From Octopus vulgaris (taxonomy: Eukaryota): 64,000 bases of DNA. The position numbers were made by a program, and so were the translations under genes. Position 1 is the first letter of the stretch. Each line of letters opens with the position of its first letter. The DNA lies in contig OX597823.1 of assembly GCA_951406725.2 (NCBI GenBank), positions 44,082,001-44,146,000 of the forward strand, in the 5' to 3' direction. The notes below the pieces were generated by a model. It did no database searches and had not been told where the DNA came from. It saw nothing but the letters and a program-made list of their open reading frames with translations. This document shows, piece after piece, positions 40,641 to 52,867 of this stretch.

Positions 40641-41295
40641 GGCTTAGAAAGATATGTTGGCCTTCATGGTGTTAAAAGATTGTTTGAATTTTGTAAAAAC
40701 AACAGCTTCGTGCTTTGGCTAGTAAATTGGATCTTTGCAGTTATTCAAGTCAAAAATATCAACTAAAACATTTCATAGAGAAGAGGACAATTGCTGAATT
40801 GAGCATGCTGCAGTATGATCTTTGCATACAGACCATGCTATTAAAAAATGCAAACTGACAAATGAAAGAAAAGTATCTTTTCTATGAGGCCCTTTGGCAG
40901 ACTATCTCAATAATGAATGGTAGTGACCTCAATATCATGGCTGGACATGTTGAGTGACAGCATAAAGGTTAGTTCCATGGATATGGAAGCTATACATATT
41001 GTATGAGGAATTAGAAAGGATCCAGACTTTTAAAGTTTTGAGATGCAAATGATCTAACCAATTACATCATGATCACCTACCAATCAGATAAACATACTAG
41101 TCAAACAAACGTTTTTATTCACCTGGATATAGAATAGGTGGCTGCTTGTGAATATTAAGTCCTTCCTCATATTCTCTGCATCCCGGTGATTATCCTTGAT
41201 GATTAACGGAGGATAGTGATCAAAGTCATCAGAACTTGAGTTACAAAACAATTTGGAAAGGAAAATATGAAAGTTGAGGGAGTTTTTGGGCAAGA

Positions 41296-41354
<59 letters not shown>

Positions 41355-41398
41355 GTATATATATATGAATGTGTGTGTGTAAAATGAATGTTAAACAG

Positions 41399-41441
<43 letters not shown>

Positions 41442-41639
41442 ATACATATACATAGAGAGAGAGAGAGAGAGAGAGAGAGGCATACTTCATATATGGAAAC
41501 CTTAGATGTTGCTGCTCCTACAACAACCTCTCCCTGCCACGGTCAACAGCAACCACCTGCAACCACGCTCATCAACTGAAAGGCCCAAAAACCACCACCA
41601 ATAATACTGAAATCCTTACTGGATCCAGGCATCTTTTAC

Positions 41640-42205
41640 CTAATATCTTTTACTTGTTTTAGTAATTGGACTGTGGCCATGCTGGGGCACTGACTTGAAG
41701 AATATTTTTTGTCAAATGAATCAACCACAGTACTTATTTGACTATTTTTTAAAGCCTGGTACTTATTCTATTGATCTCTTTTGCTGAACCACTAAGTTAT
41801 AAGGATACAGACACACCAACACTGGTTTTCATAGAGTGGTGTGGGACAAACATAGACACAAAGACACACACACACAAATATATACATATACATATAAATT
41901 TTGTCTTAGCCTGTTTGCCTTCAGACAGTTGATTTCTGTTATCATTTACAAATTGTAACACCACATAATAATAGAGTCAATGATATCTCCACAAATTATT
42001 TTTTTCTCATAAATTATTTTTCTTGTCAATTATTTGCTCTGTATTAAGATATATACATATATATATATATGCACAACAAGCTTCTTTCAGTTTGCATCTA
42101 CCAAATCAACTTACAAGGCTTTGGTCAGCCTGAGGTTACAGTAGAAAACACTTGCCCTGGATGCCAAGCAGTGGGACTGAACCTAGAGCCACACAGCCAT
42201 GCCTA
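41640..42205 (-). mobile_element. Old CORE-like SINE
   Basis: Similar to the 60400 family, CpG-decayed. Confidence 0.7.
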
Positions 42206-42351
42206 TAACATGTAGACATGTAGAAACTACACCTGATTATATATACACTTTAGATGAGTTGTAGTGCACCTGAGCACTGTACACAATTATTATTATTATT
42301 ATTATTATTATTATAATTTATCATCCACTGAAATTATTATTACTAGAAGAA

Positions 42352-42560
42352 AAGGCAGTGAACTGGCAGAATCAAGAAAGGCAATGAGCTAGCAGAATCA
42401 TTTCCACTGTCTTCACATTCTGAGTTCAAATGCTGCCAGGGTCAACTTTGCCTTTCATCCTATCGGGGTCATTAAATTAAGTACCAGCCAAGAACTGGGG
42501 TCGATATAATTGACTGGTCCCCTCCCCCAAAATTTCAGACCTTGTGTCTATAGTAGAAGA
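42352..42560 (+). mobile_element. Old Meta/MESC-like SINE
   Basis: actttgcctttcatcctatcggggtc core. Confidence 0.75.
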
Positions 42561-42639
42561 AGGCTGCCGCTATAATCCTAAGGATGTCAAGTGGCTAAAT
42601 ATATTCACCTCTCATACTTCCTGACATTTTATGGCTAAT

Positions 42640-42648
42640 GTGTGTGTG

Positions 42649-42686
<38 letters not shown>

Positions 42687-42843
42687 CGTGTTCATGTCTG
42701 GATGTCTGCTTATGTACATTTGCATTAATCTACATGCATTTGTGTAAAATATTAGCTTCAGTGTGTGTTTGGGTTTGTTTATATATACAAGTATATACAT
42801 ATGCACCATTGTGCATATGCGTATATACTCATGTATGTGGACT

Positions 42844-42890
<47 letters not shown>

Positions 42891-43165
42891 GTGTGTGTGT
42901 GTGTCTATATGTATATGTATATGTATGTATGTATGAATATATGTATAGAATGAATGTATTTATATATATAGTTATACATACTTGTGCATGTATATCTGTG
43001 TGTACATATGTGTGTGTGTATGTATCTGTGCGTGTGTGTATGCCTGTATATTTATATATGTGCATGTGAATCTCTCTATATATTTATGTGTATGCATATG
43101 TGGGTATGCATGTGGGTTTCTGTCTATGTATGTGTATACATGAGTATATATGCTTGGTGTGTGTC
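42640..43165. repeat. Degenerate (TA/TG)n low-complexity tract
   Basis: Directly visible. Confidence 0.9.
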
Positions 43166-44453
43166 AATCATGATGCATGTCAGCATGGTGATTGATAACC
43201 CTTCATACAATGCCCTCTCAGCCTGCTTATCTAGATACAATATCTATGCATACAACTTGTCTGTCTTTCTTCCAGTAAGATCAAACAACTTGACCTATGT
43301 CTTCATGTTCCGTTTGGGGACTAACTCTACATTGTTATCTATACCATTACACACCTGTTATGGAAGACCTAAATCTCATTCTTTCTTCCCTTGTTCTCCC
43401 TTCTTACTGGCCTCGGTCTCCTATCTTTGGGGGTATTTATATAAGATGGTTCCATGTGCAATCTCTATATTTCAACTCAGTCTGACAACTTGTACAGTAT
43501 GAATATATATATATTGCACTTATATGTTGCAGGTATGAATTACATTTATAATGTGACATCGTTAATTAATTACCAAATAGTTAATCAGCTACAAAATACA
43601 GAAGTATATGTAACAGATGAAATACAAGAATACCAAGTTCATACTTGGGTGCATGGGGAGGGGTCCATTATATCTTTTATCCCTAATTTTTACTAGTTTC
43701 GTTAGACTGCATTCAGTAGACTGTGGCCATACTGGGGCACCACATTGAAGGAATTTAGTGAAATGAATTGACCCAAATCTTTTCATTTCTTTAAGCCTAG
43801 AACTTATTCTATCAATCTCTTTTGCCAAATTAGGAGATGTAAATACACCAACACTGGTTGTAAAATGGTGGTGGGGGTCAAACACAGATAGAAAGACACA
43901 CACACTCACACACACACACACACATACACACACACACACACACATACATGCATACTCATACTCACACAAATGTAAATATATAAATATATATATCCAATGA
44001 AAAGAAGAAGACAAAGAAAATGCTTTAACATATCTTTAATTAAAAGTTACAAATGTTTTCATACCATCTCCATTTACAATGCCAGCTTACACGAAAATTT
44101 TAAAAGAAAAAAATTACATAATATTTGCAGTTTTAGGCATTGGAGAGGCACTTCCTCAGACTTGCATCAAAGTCGTGCTATTACATTGTATCAGGACTTG
44201 TTGTTAGGAAAGTACAAGGAGGAAATAAAAAAGAAAAAATTAAAAGTGCATTTGTGAGATGAGTCCATGGTGGGATGACAAACACAGACACAAAGACACA
44301 CACATGTAAACATATGTACTTATATATAAGAAATAACTGAGAATCAGTTGAATTAGGTACTTAAGTTGAAGCACCAAATCAGTCCGGTATTATCTGCACA
44401 GCTCGAAGTAAGATGAATAAAATCAAAATAAGCAACAGGATATCAAGAAATGA

Positions 44454-44538
44454 TGCAGTCGACCATTTCAAGAGGCTCCATTTAATTGAACACTGCAATC
44501 ATCACATCAACTTAAATGCAGTACCATCTTCAGCTGCA
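44454..44538 (-). ncRNA. Degenerate type I hammerhead ribozyme motif in a Penelope-like repeat
   Basis: Minus strand tgcag-CTGAAGA-(long stem II)-GAAA-tggtcga-ctgca. Stem I pairs, but the NUH site is defective. Confidence 0.55.
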
Positions 44539-45679
44539 CAAATAAATAAATAGAATTTTAACCAGTTGGACACATTAATATAATTTGTCTCAAATACTTT
44601 AACAGAGCAAGAAGATGGAAGAAATTCATGTTGTCGCTATTGTAGCTAAGAATAGATTACACTTCCAAGAATCACAGGAAGCCCAATGGGGTCATAGCTT
44701 GTAAAGGATTTTAATTCATTTCTAATTCATTTATCTCTTTATCAACTACTAAATCTAAGACTAGAAGTCTGTGTCTGTTTTGAATAAAGGGAAAAAGTGA
44801 GTTGACTGCTCATGGCTAAGCCTATTCATAAATATTGCCATATGTATCCCTTTTCCTCTGGGAGGAAAGAAGACAATAGGAGTAGTCAACGTGGATATAA
44901 AGTTATTGTCTATAAAAAGAGGCTGGGTAGGAGAAGATTTTAAATCACCATGTTAATTACCAGTTAAAGGGGGCAAGATGCTAAGAAACCTAGGATGTTG
45001 ATACAGAGGAAAATTTATCTTGGGGTACTATGGGTGATTGTTTATAAACAATATTATGTTGTATAAAAATAAAATTTCAGATTTTCAAAAATGATATCAT
45101 AACCAAACTAGATAAAATGTATGTATATATCAATTATAAACATTAAAAAGGAAAGATTACATAGAATCAGTTTAATATTCATTCATGTACTTAATTACTT
45201 ATTAGGTGGTTACCATAAAGACTGCTCAGGGTATTTACTTATTGAATAACTGGAAAGATAAACATGCTATCTATTAATTTTAAGCCATAAATCAGAAGAA
45301 AAACTAAATAAAGTCACATGCAATGTGACTGAACCTCGAACCATATGGTTGGGAAGCAAACTCCATATCACACAGCCACATCTACACCTATGTATATATA
45401 TGAATGTATATGTAAATACATGTATATATACACATGTGAGTATCTGTGTATATATGTGTCTGTGTGTGTGTTCATATCTGCATGTGTGCTGATACCAGCA
45501 TAGTCTTCTCTCTTGCAAACTAAATCTGATGCCCCTTAAACCCAATTTTTCTCTTGTATCATTTACATATTTTCATAAACGCACAGTGACATTACTCATC
45601 CAGAGGAGAAGGCTGGCTTCATTTCTTTCAAGCCTTTGCATGTTCTTTGAAGTCAAAGCCCATATTTCACTACCATATA

Positions 45680-46290
45680 GGCATAGGAGTGGCTGTGTGG
45701 TTAGTCGCTTGTTTTACCAACCACATGGTTCTGGGTTCAGTCCCACTGCATGACACCTTCAGCAAGTGTCTTCTACTATTGCCTCGGATCGACCAAAGCC
45801 TTGTAAGTGGATTTGGTAGATGGAAACTGAAAGAAGCCATTCGTATATATGTATATGTGGCCGTTTGCCAGCTCTGTCTGGCACCTGTGTGGGTGGCACG
45901 TAAAAAGCACCCACTACACTCACGGAGTGGTTGGCGTTAGGAAGGGCATCCAGCCGTAGAAACACTGCCAGATCTGACTGGGCCTGATGAAGCCTTCCAG
46001 CTTCACAGACCCCAGTTGAACCGTCCAACCCATGCTAGCATGGAAAACGGACGCTAAATGATGATGATGATGTGTGTGTGTATATGTTTATGTGTCTGTG
46101 TTTCTCCTCACAACATCACTTGACAACTGATGCTGGTGTGTTTACGTCGCCATAACTTAGCAGTTCGGCAAAAGAGATCAATAGAATAAGTACTAGGCTT
46201 ACAAAGAATAAGTCCTGGGGTCAATTTGCTCAACTAAAGGCAGTGCTCCAGCATGTCCACAGTCAAATGACTGAAACAAGTAAAAGAGTA
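45680..46290 (+). mobile_element. CORE-like SINE with nested RTE-tail element (45862-46071)
   Basis: Head and tail match the 60400 family. The inner piece ends in (GAT)n. Confidence 0.85.
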
Positions 46291-47120
46291 CATAGCATAA
46301 ATGTTCATACACAGGCCACATACGATCTGCCTTTCACTCTAGGGAGAGACTCTTTGTTATCAACAAAAGTAGTAGCTCTCTGAACTTTGCCCAGCTTATT
46401 CTTTTTCTGGCAACTACATTTTCAGGGCTTCCTCCTCCACTGCTAACTTGGTCATCTAGGTAATGGAAACTATCTACTATTACTAAGGATCCCTCCAGGC
46501 ATTTGACAGAGTCTATTTTCTGTACATTCTTAGTGTTTATTGTACCTGCACAGCAGCTACACACAAAGAATACTCTCTATGTAAACCTTCTTGTGATACT
46601 GCTGCACTTCTTATGTGTCCATAGTTTGCATTGGGTACACCATGTAGAGTTTCTACCAATACCTTTTCTACATATTGAACAGGACCATCTCCCTGAAAGG
46701 ATTAGTGTTTGTGTATTTTCCTACTTACAAGGACTTTGCTAAATTAAACTTGGATTCCAGACTTGCTTCCAAACCTGAAATTTCTTCTCAAGTTCAGGTA
46801 GCAATTCAGCTATATGAACAAAGTCATCTGTATAGAGGAGCTCCCAAGGGTAACCAGTCTTAAATTCCTCTGTTATGGACTGGAGGACTATGATAAACAA
46901 GAGGGGGCTAAGAACCAGTCCTTGGCAAGCTACTAACTGCATACTAAATTTCTCGCTGTACTCAATGCCAACTTTCACCTTACTGACAGCATCCTTGTAC
47001 ATGGCTTGTACAGCTTTTACCAACCATTCATGTATCCCTAGCTTCCACACTGTCTATCAGATAACGGAGCTGGAGACCCTGTGAAAGGCATTCTCCATGT
47101 CAACAAAAGCCAAGTACTTG
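46291..47120 (-). mobile_element. RTE LINE RT fragment
   Basis: LAFVDME.AF, QGLVLSPLLFIIVL, ELLYTDD. Confidence 0.85.
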
Positions 47121-47299
47121 CTCTCAAATATGCTTTATTAAACTGCAGAAATGAATTTGCAATAAAACACAGGAATTTGTATTGAAAAACTTTCAAACGT
47201 TTTCCTAGTAAGTAGTATTATGAATTATTCACTCGAATATGAGGTGTACTTATAAAACCCAACTCTAATATTTTCCATATAACCTTTAAATAGTTTTAG

Positions 47300-48065
47300 A
47301 ATGGAGAAAGTTCAGAGAGCCTTTACCTTTGTTGGCAACCAAAGGTCTGTCTCTCTCTGTAGAATGATTGTATGATGTATGTGCACCAAATTCAATGTTG
47401 CATGGTAGCAAGACATGGGTCCTGCATGTGGAGGACATGCAAAGGCTGGGGAGGAACAAAGCTGGCATGTTCCACTGGTTGTGCAATGTCAGTGTGTATG
47501 TTTGGCAGAGCATTGAGTGAGAAATTGGACATAAGAGGAATTAGATGTAATGTGCAAGAGAGGAGACTATACTGGTTTGGTCATGTGATGTGGATGGATG
47601 AGGACAGTTGCATAAAGGAGTACCAATCACTTAAAGTGAATGGAAGTTGTGGAAGAAGAGACCCAGGGAGACATGGGACAAAGTATTGAAGGCTGATTCC
47701 AAAACGCTGTACTTTATAAAGAAGATGGCAGAAGACCAAGATATGTTGTGCATTGTTGTATTCAAGAAGATATGCCCACCACAACAGAACTGATATCCTA
47801 AAATGAAGGTATCATGTAAAAAGCATTGGTGTGGATGCTGGTGCCACATAAAAGGCACTGGTGATGGTGCCATGTAAAAAGCATCTAGTACACTCTGTGG
47901 AGTGGTTGGCATTAGGAAGGGCATCCAGCCATAAAAACCAAGCTAAAACAGGCTATGGAACTTGGTGCAGCCCCTGCCCTTCCCAGTTCCTGTCAAGCTA
48001 CCCAACCCATACCAGCAAGGAAAACAGATGATGATGATGATGATGATGATGATGAAGATGATGAT
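47300..48065 (+). mobile_element. RTE LINE 3' end with (GAT)n tail
   Basis: MLHGSKTW and RRLYWFGHVMWM, then 3' UTR and tail. Confidence 0.85.
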
Positions 48066-48714
48066 GCTTCACTACCTAGGTGGTTTTGTGATTGTTTCTT
48101 TTTCTCTTTACTAATCCTTTTGACATAATTCCTTTCAGTCCCTTTAGTGTGTACTTTAATTCAATTATTAATAATTTAATTATGCATATAAATTTTGTTA
48201 CTCTTTAACAACAATATTGCTTTCCTTCTTCAAATACTTCTAATATCTCATTATATGTCTAATTTGTGTATCTTGTTCATCTATATTGTATTTAGCATCA
48301 GTGATCAGTCAGTTGAACCACTCTGACATAAATAAGTTGCTCCTTCTTAAATGAAATTATATTTATCTATTTAATCTACTTATTTATCTATCTTTTTAAT
48401 GTCCACTGAGGTCAGCTTGTGTTTAAATACAACTAGAACTCTTAACATAGCAAATTTCATCACTACCTACAAATTCCTGTCATCTCCTTCCTTTACCATC
48501 TCTTTCCCTCTCCCTGTACAAAGTTTTGGTCACTTCCTCAGCTACTACAACCATTAGTTCCCTTCAGCCTCCTAATGATGATTGCCTTGAAGAAATCATG
48601 TTCCTACATCTACCTTTAGATCTACATAGTACTAAAATTGATTTACAATGAATCAATTGATTACATTGAATCATTGCATCTGAGGGCCCTAAGACACTCA
48701 AATAACAGAAACAT

Positions 48715-48875
48715 GTGTTGGCTTCTTATTTAAGAAGTTTGCTTCCCAACTACATGGTTCTAGGTTCAGTCCCACTGTGTAGCACCTTGGGTGAGTGTCT
48801 TCTACTATAACTTTGTGCTTACCAATGCCTTGTGAGTGGATTTGGTAGATAGAAACTGAAAGAAGCCTGTCATAG

Positions 48876-48908
<33 letters not shown>

Positions 48909-49135
48909 TTTGTGTATATGTTTATCCCCCCACGACCACTTGACAACCAGTCTTGGCATGTTTACATACCTGTAACTTAGCAATTCAGCAAGGGATTCTA
49001 ATAGAGTAAGTACCAGACTTTACAAAAACAGAAAATATGTACTGGGGGTCAATAAGTTAGACTAAAAATCTTCAAGGTGGTGTTCCAGCATGGCTGCAGT
49101 CTAGTGGCTGAAACAAGTAAAAGATAAACAATAAA
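48715..49135 (+). mobile_element. CORE-like SINE
   Basis: 60400 family. Confidence 0.8.
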
Positions 49136-49304
49136 AGAGGTGTAATTTCCAATTGTTTATTGTGCCTGGAATTTTATGAGTTAACTCAGGACAATTGTTT
49201 ATGTTTTCCACTGGTCAATATGGTTAGCCAAGTCTGGATTACAAAATGTGCTCATAAAGAATCTATCCTGATCTTGAGATCTCTATTCATTTGTGTCATA
49301 CATC

Positions 49305-49530
49305 AGGGAGTACTGAAAGTTCCTAGCCTTGGGTAAAGGAAAGCACAGGATGATCAATTAATTATGTTATTTGACATATTCCCCTCTCAGATTCATACAC
49401 TTATTGCAGTGGTCCTTCTGTTTTTCTAAACTCTGTAAAAGAACTCAGAATGTTGGGCCTCCAACCAGGCCTTTCATGATACCTTTACTTTCATGATACC
49501 TTTAAAGCCAAGAACTTTTCAACACCTCCT
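49305..49530. mobile_element. Mariner-derived MITE
   Basis: Inverted ends (ctgaaagttcctagc / gccaagaacttttcaac). Inverted partial sister at 28070-28240. Confidence 0.65.
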
Positions 49531-49836
49531 TGTGTATACATATATTTATTCTTATATACTCACCTTATATATATATAAGGTGGGGGTATATAGGGATAAA
49601 TTATCCAGGCAAGTAAAGTGATAGCTCTTAAGTATATTCCAGGTCATGGTTAACTGCATCAGATGATAATAAACATCAATGGTCACTTAGTATTAGCAAT
49701 CCTGTTGTAATTTTTCTGATGGGTAGGTAACTCCAGGTTCACCTCCCTGGATTATCAATATTAACAAGAGTGTAAATTTCAAACAGTTATAAAGAATATG
49801 GACACTGGCACATCATCAAATTTTTCTATTAATTTT

Positions 49837-49913
49837 ACAGTTGGTCATACAGCATCATTAGTTGGTTAAAATGACTAACACATGTTTCTGCTGCACAGAA
49901 TAGGTGCAACTGT
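49837..49913 (-). ncRNA. Degenerate hammerhead-like motif with type II topology
   Basis: Minus strand tgcagca-GAAA-catg-TG-ttagtc(atttt)aaccaa-CTAATGA-tgctgta. Stems pair, but there are two core defects. Confidence 0.45.
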
Positions 49914-49952
49914 GCATGCAACCCAGTATAATCTGCTGTGCACTTTCATTCA

Positions 49953-49988
<36 letters not shown>

Positions 49989-50152
49989 AATATTAGGGAA
50001 TAAATCCAAATTTACAGGGAAAAAATCAGATTTAGGATTAAATCCAATTTTATAGTAAAATATTATATAATATTAATTAGAGACAAAACCACTATTTTGT
50101 AAAACAAACAAGGAAAGACTTAATCAATACATAAAATTTTAATAAAAAGTAA

Positions 50153-50209
50153 AAAAACCGCCACTACAATTGTTTCATGTCCTCAATGACAATCTTCAGG
50201 TGGATTTCC
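50153..50209 (-). ncRNA. Minimal type I hammerhead ribozyme in a Penelope-like terminal repeat (49984-50300)
   Basis: Minus strand ggaaat-ccac-CTGAAGA-t-tgtc(attgag)gaca-t-GAAA-caattGTA-gtgg-cg-gtttt. Complete core, GUA site, palindromic stem III. Confidence 0.75.
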
Positions 50210-50339
50210 GATTTTCAACAGGTCATTAGAAATGTTCGATTTCTTTATGCACCAAGTTTGACAGTCGTTAACTCTAATGTTTTATCTTGACAATTCTTTG
50301 TTTTACAACATTGAAGGGTTATATCATCACTTTTTGAAA

Positions 50340-51648
50340 TGCAATTCATGGTGTCTGATTATATTGTGAGTTTTTGCTTGCAAATCAATTTCTGTGAACT
50401 CATGGATAGATAAAAATTTCATGTTGTTTATGAATATGAGTTCCATCATGGAACCAATGCATCCCAGACAGCTCAAAACATCAATGAGATGAAGATGTGG
50501 TGAATGAGTGCACCATATGTTGATGAGTTGAGAAGTTCCGATCTGGTGACTTTACTCTTGAAAATCAACCCCATGGTAGACCTGAGACCAAAGTGGATAA
50601 TGATGAGCTGGAAACTGTAGAGGAAGCAGATACACCTCAAACTACACATGAGTTAGCAGCAAGGTTTGATGTTTCAATTTCAACTGTATTGGACCATCTG
50701 AAACAAATCAGCAAGGTAAAGAAGCTGGACAAGTGGGTGCCACATGACCTGAATGGACCTCAAATGACACATCATCTTGAAACTTGCTGTTCTTTGCTGT
50801 CACAGCATAAAAGCAAACCATTTTTCCATCATATTGTTACGTGTGATGAAAAATGGATTCTTTTGAACAACAGCAAGTATTATGTATGGTGGTTGGATAG
50901 AGATGAAGTGCCAAAACACAATCCAAAAAAAGCTAATGGTGTCTGATTGTTGGTCCAGCGCTAGTGTCATACACTACAGCTTCATGAGACCTGGTAAGTC
51001 AATTACAGCAGATGTATACATCAACCAATTGGATGAAATAATGAGTGAACTTGCAATTAAACAACAAAGATTGGTTAATAGAGACAGGCCAAATCTCTTG
51101 CAAGACAATGCTTGACCACATGTAGCATAAAGAACGCTACTCAGGTTACAGGCACTGAACTTGGAACTACTCTGTCATCCACCATATTCACCAGACCTTG
51201 CACCAACTGACTATCATGTTTTCCATCAGACAACTGTTTGCAAAAAAAAAAAAAAATTCAAATGTGAAGAAGATGCAAAAACAGCCTTTCGTGATTTCAT
51301 GACCTCTTGCTCTCCAGAATTCTTCACTGCAGGTATTAATAAGCTATCAATAAAATGGCAAAATGGGGTTCATAATTGTTATATTGCAATACTATATAGT
51401 GGCTGTGTGAGCTACGAAATCCTCATCGCCACTGTTATATCACACGTTCAGATAACCTCTACTCAACTCCTCAACATCTAGACTTCTCCCTCTATATCTA
51501 TGTATTGGGCTAGCCTACTTCATCGTCTGGGGGCATGGACACAACAATAATTTAGGTGTATACTTTGATTAACTGCATTGATTTTTGTTGAGATAAAGTA
51601 AAATAAACTTTCAGTTCAAAATCGAACATTTCATTTTTTATGACCTGA
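50340..51648 (+). mobile_element. Degenerate mariner (DD34D) with nested solo LTR
   Basis: KWVPHDL, IVTCDEKWI, LLQDNA, HPPYSPDLAPTDYH. Right TIR ends tgacctga|TA. Confidence 0.9.
51377..51546. mobile_element. 170-bp solo LTR
   Basis: TGTT...AACA ends and 5-bp TSD ATAAT (51372-51376, 51547-51551). Interrupts the mariner 3' end. Confidence 0.75.
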
Positions 51649-52208
51649 TATATATATATATATATATATATAGCAACACACAATAAACAGAGAATCAGGG
51701 AATATCTCAACTCTAAATCTATAAACAAGAATAGAACAGATAATGTGTATTGTGAAATTAACTTTAACAATAATCTTCCTGAACTAGGTTTCGATCTCCT
51801 TGCTTTAATAATAATAATAATAATTGTGTTAACATATATTTCCAGAAATATTAATATTAATTTTAATGATATTTGGTGTGTGTGTGGTTTATATATATTA
51901 ATAAAAGAGAAACAATTTTCAGTTTTATAAGATGAGATCTATAACAAAAAATGTAATTGTCACTATACATATCTTTTGTTGTTACACACTCCAAAATTTC
52001 TCGAAATTCTGCTGAAGGATATTTGGATTTACTTGTCATACATGAGGAGTTACCTTGGATATGTATTTACATTTTCTGGTGTCTCATTGTTGGATATTGT
52101 TGACCAAATTCTTTTAAAACTGAGTGCTTTATTGATATCTACCTGGATTTTTTAATCCCTCTTTTTCTTATAAATATATATATATATATATATTCCTTTT
52201 TTTTATAG

Positions 52209-52348
52209 ATAATCAACATAAATGCACTGTAGCTGATATTTCACCAATAAAAGGTAGCTACCCGCTTGGAGAAATAAATCCGATAAACAACAAGTTTATT
52301 TACCGCTCATCACGTGTTATGAAATTACTGGCTAATAAAACACCAAAG
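52209..52348 (+). CDS. Coding exon 3, ependymin/LolA-like repeat protein
   Basis: Polypyrimidine tract plus tag acceptor, AAG|gtaaaa donor. 140 nt, phase 1/0: DNQHKCTVADISPIKGSYPLGEINPINNKFIYRSSRVMKLLANKTPK. Confidence 0.8.
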
Positions 52349-52650
52349 GTAAAACAGATTTGTTATTAATTATAAGGAAAACTACTAAAATATTAATTAC
52401 TTTGTTTTCTATGACTAAAACTCTTTAACTTCATTTCATCAGTTATGTCAGTATATTTATTTATCTATATGTATTATTGAATTTGGTGGTTGAGCAATTA
52501 ATTTCAATAGTTAGTACAGCCGGCTTAGATTAAGCATAATACTGTGCTTTTTTGTATATTTCATTGTTAAAACCTTCTATTTAATAGAAAAAAAATATTT
52601 ATAAAAGAATTTATGAAATAAATGACTTATTGTTTTCCTTTTTATAAAAG

Positions 52651-52753
52651 GTTTCCAAAGAAAAAATTGTCATAAGGGGAATACCTGTAAACACTTTTGT
52701 TGCAAATATTGTGTGGAACTCCATAAACTTTAAACTGACAATGAATTTTGCTG
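52651..52753 (+). CDS. Coding exon 4, ependymin/LolA-like repeat protein
   Basis: ttttcctttttataaaag acceptor, G|gtaagt donor. 103 nt, phase 0/1: VSKEKIVIRGIPVNTFVANIVWNSINFKLTMNFA, with an IRGIP motif typical of this fold family (recalled). Confidence 0.8.
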
Positions 52754-52867
52754 GTAAGTATCAGATCAAACTTAATTAATCTTATTTTCTAGAAATAAGG
52801 ATAGAGTAGTTATTAATTTATTCAATCATATACTTAAGTAATTCTGTATCTATATTCAAAATATATA

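Noticed and set aside
45984-46000. CTGATGA motif
   Set aside because: No GAAA or stem III at a suitable distance. It is a variant within the RTE-tail repeat.
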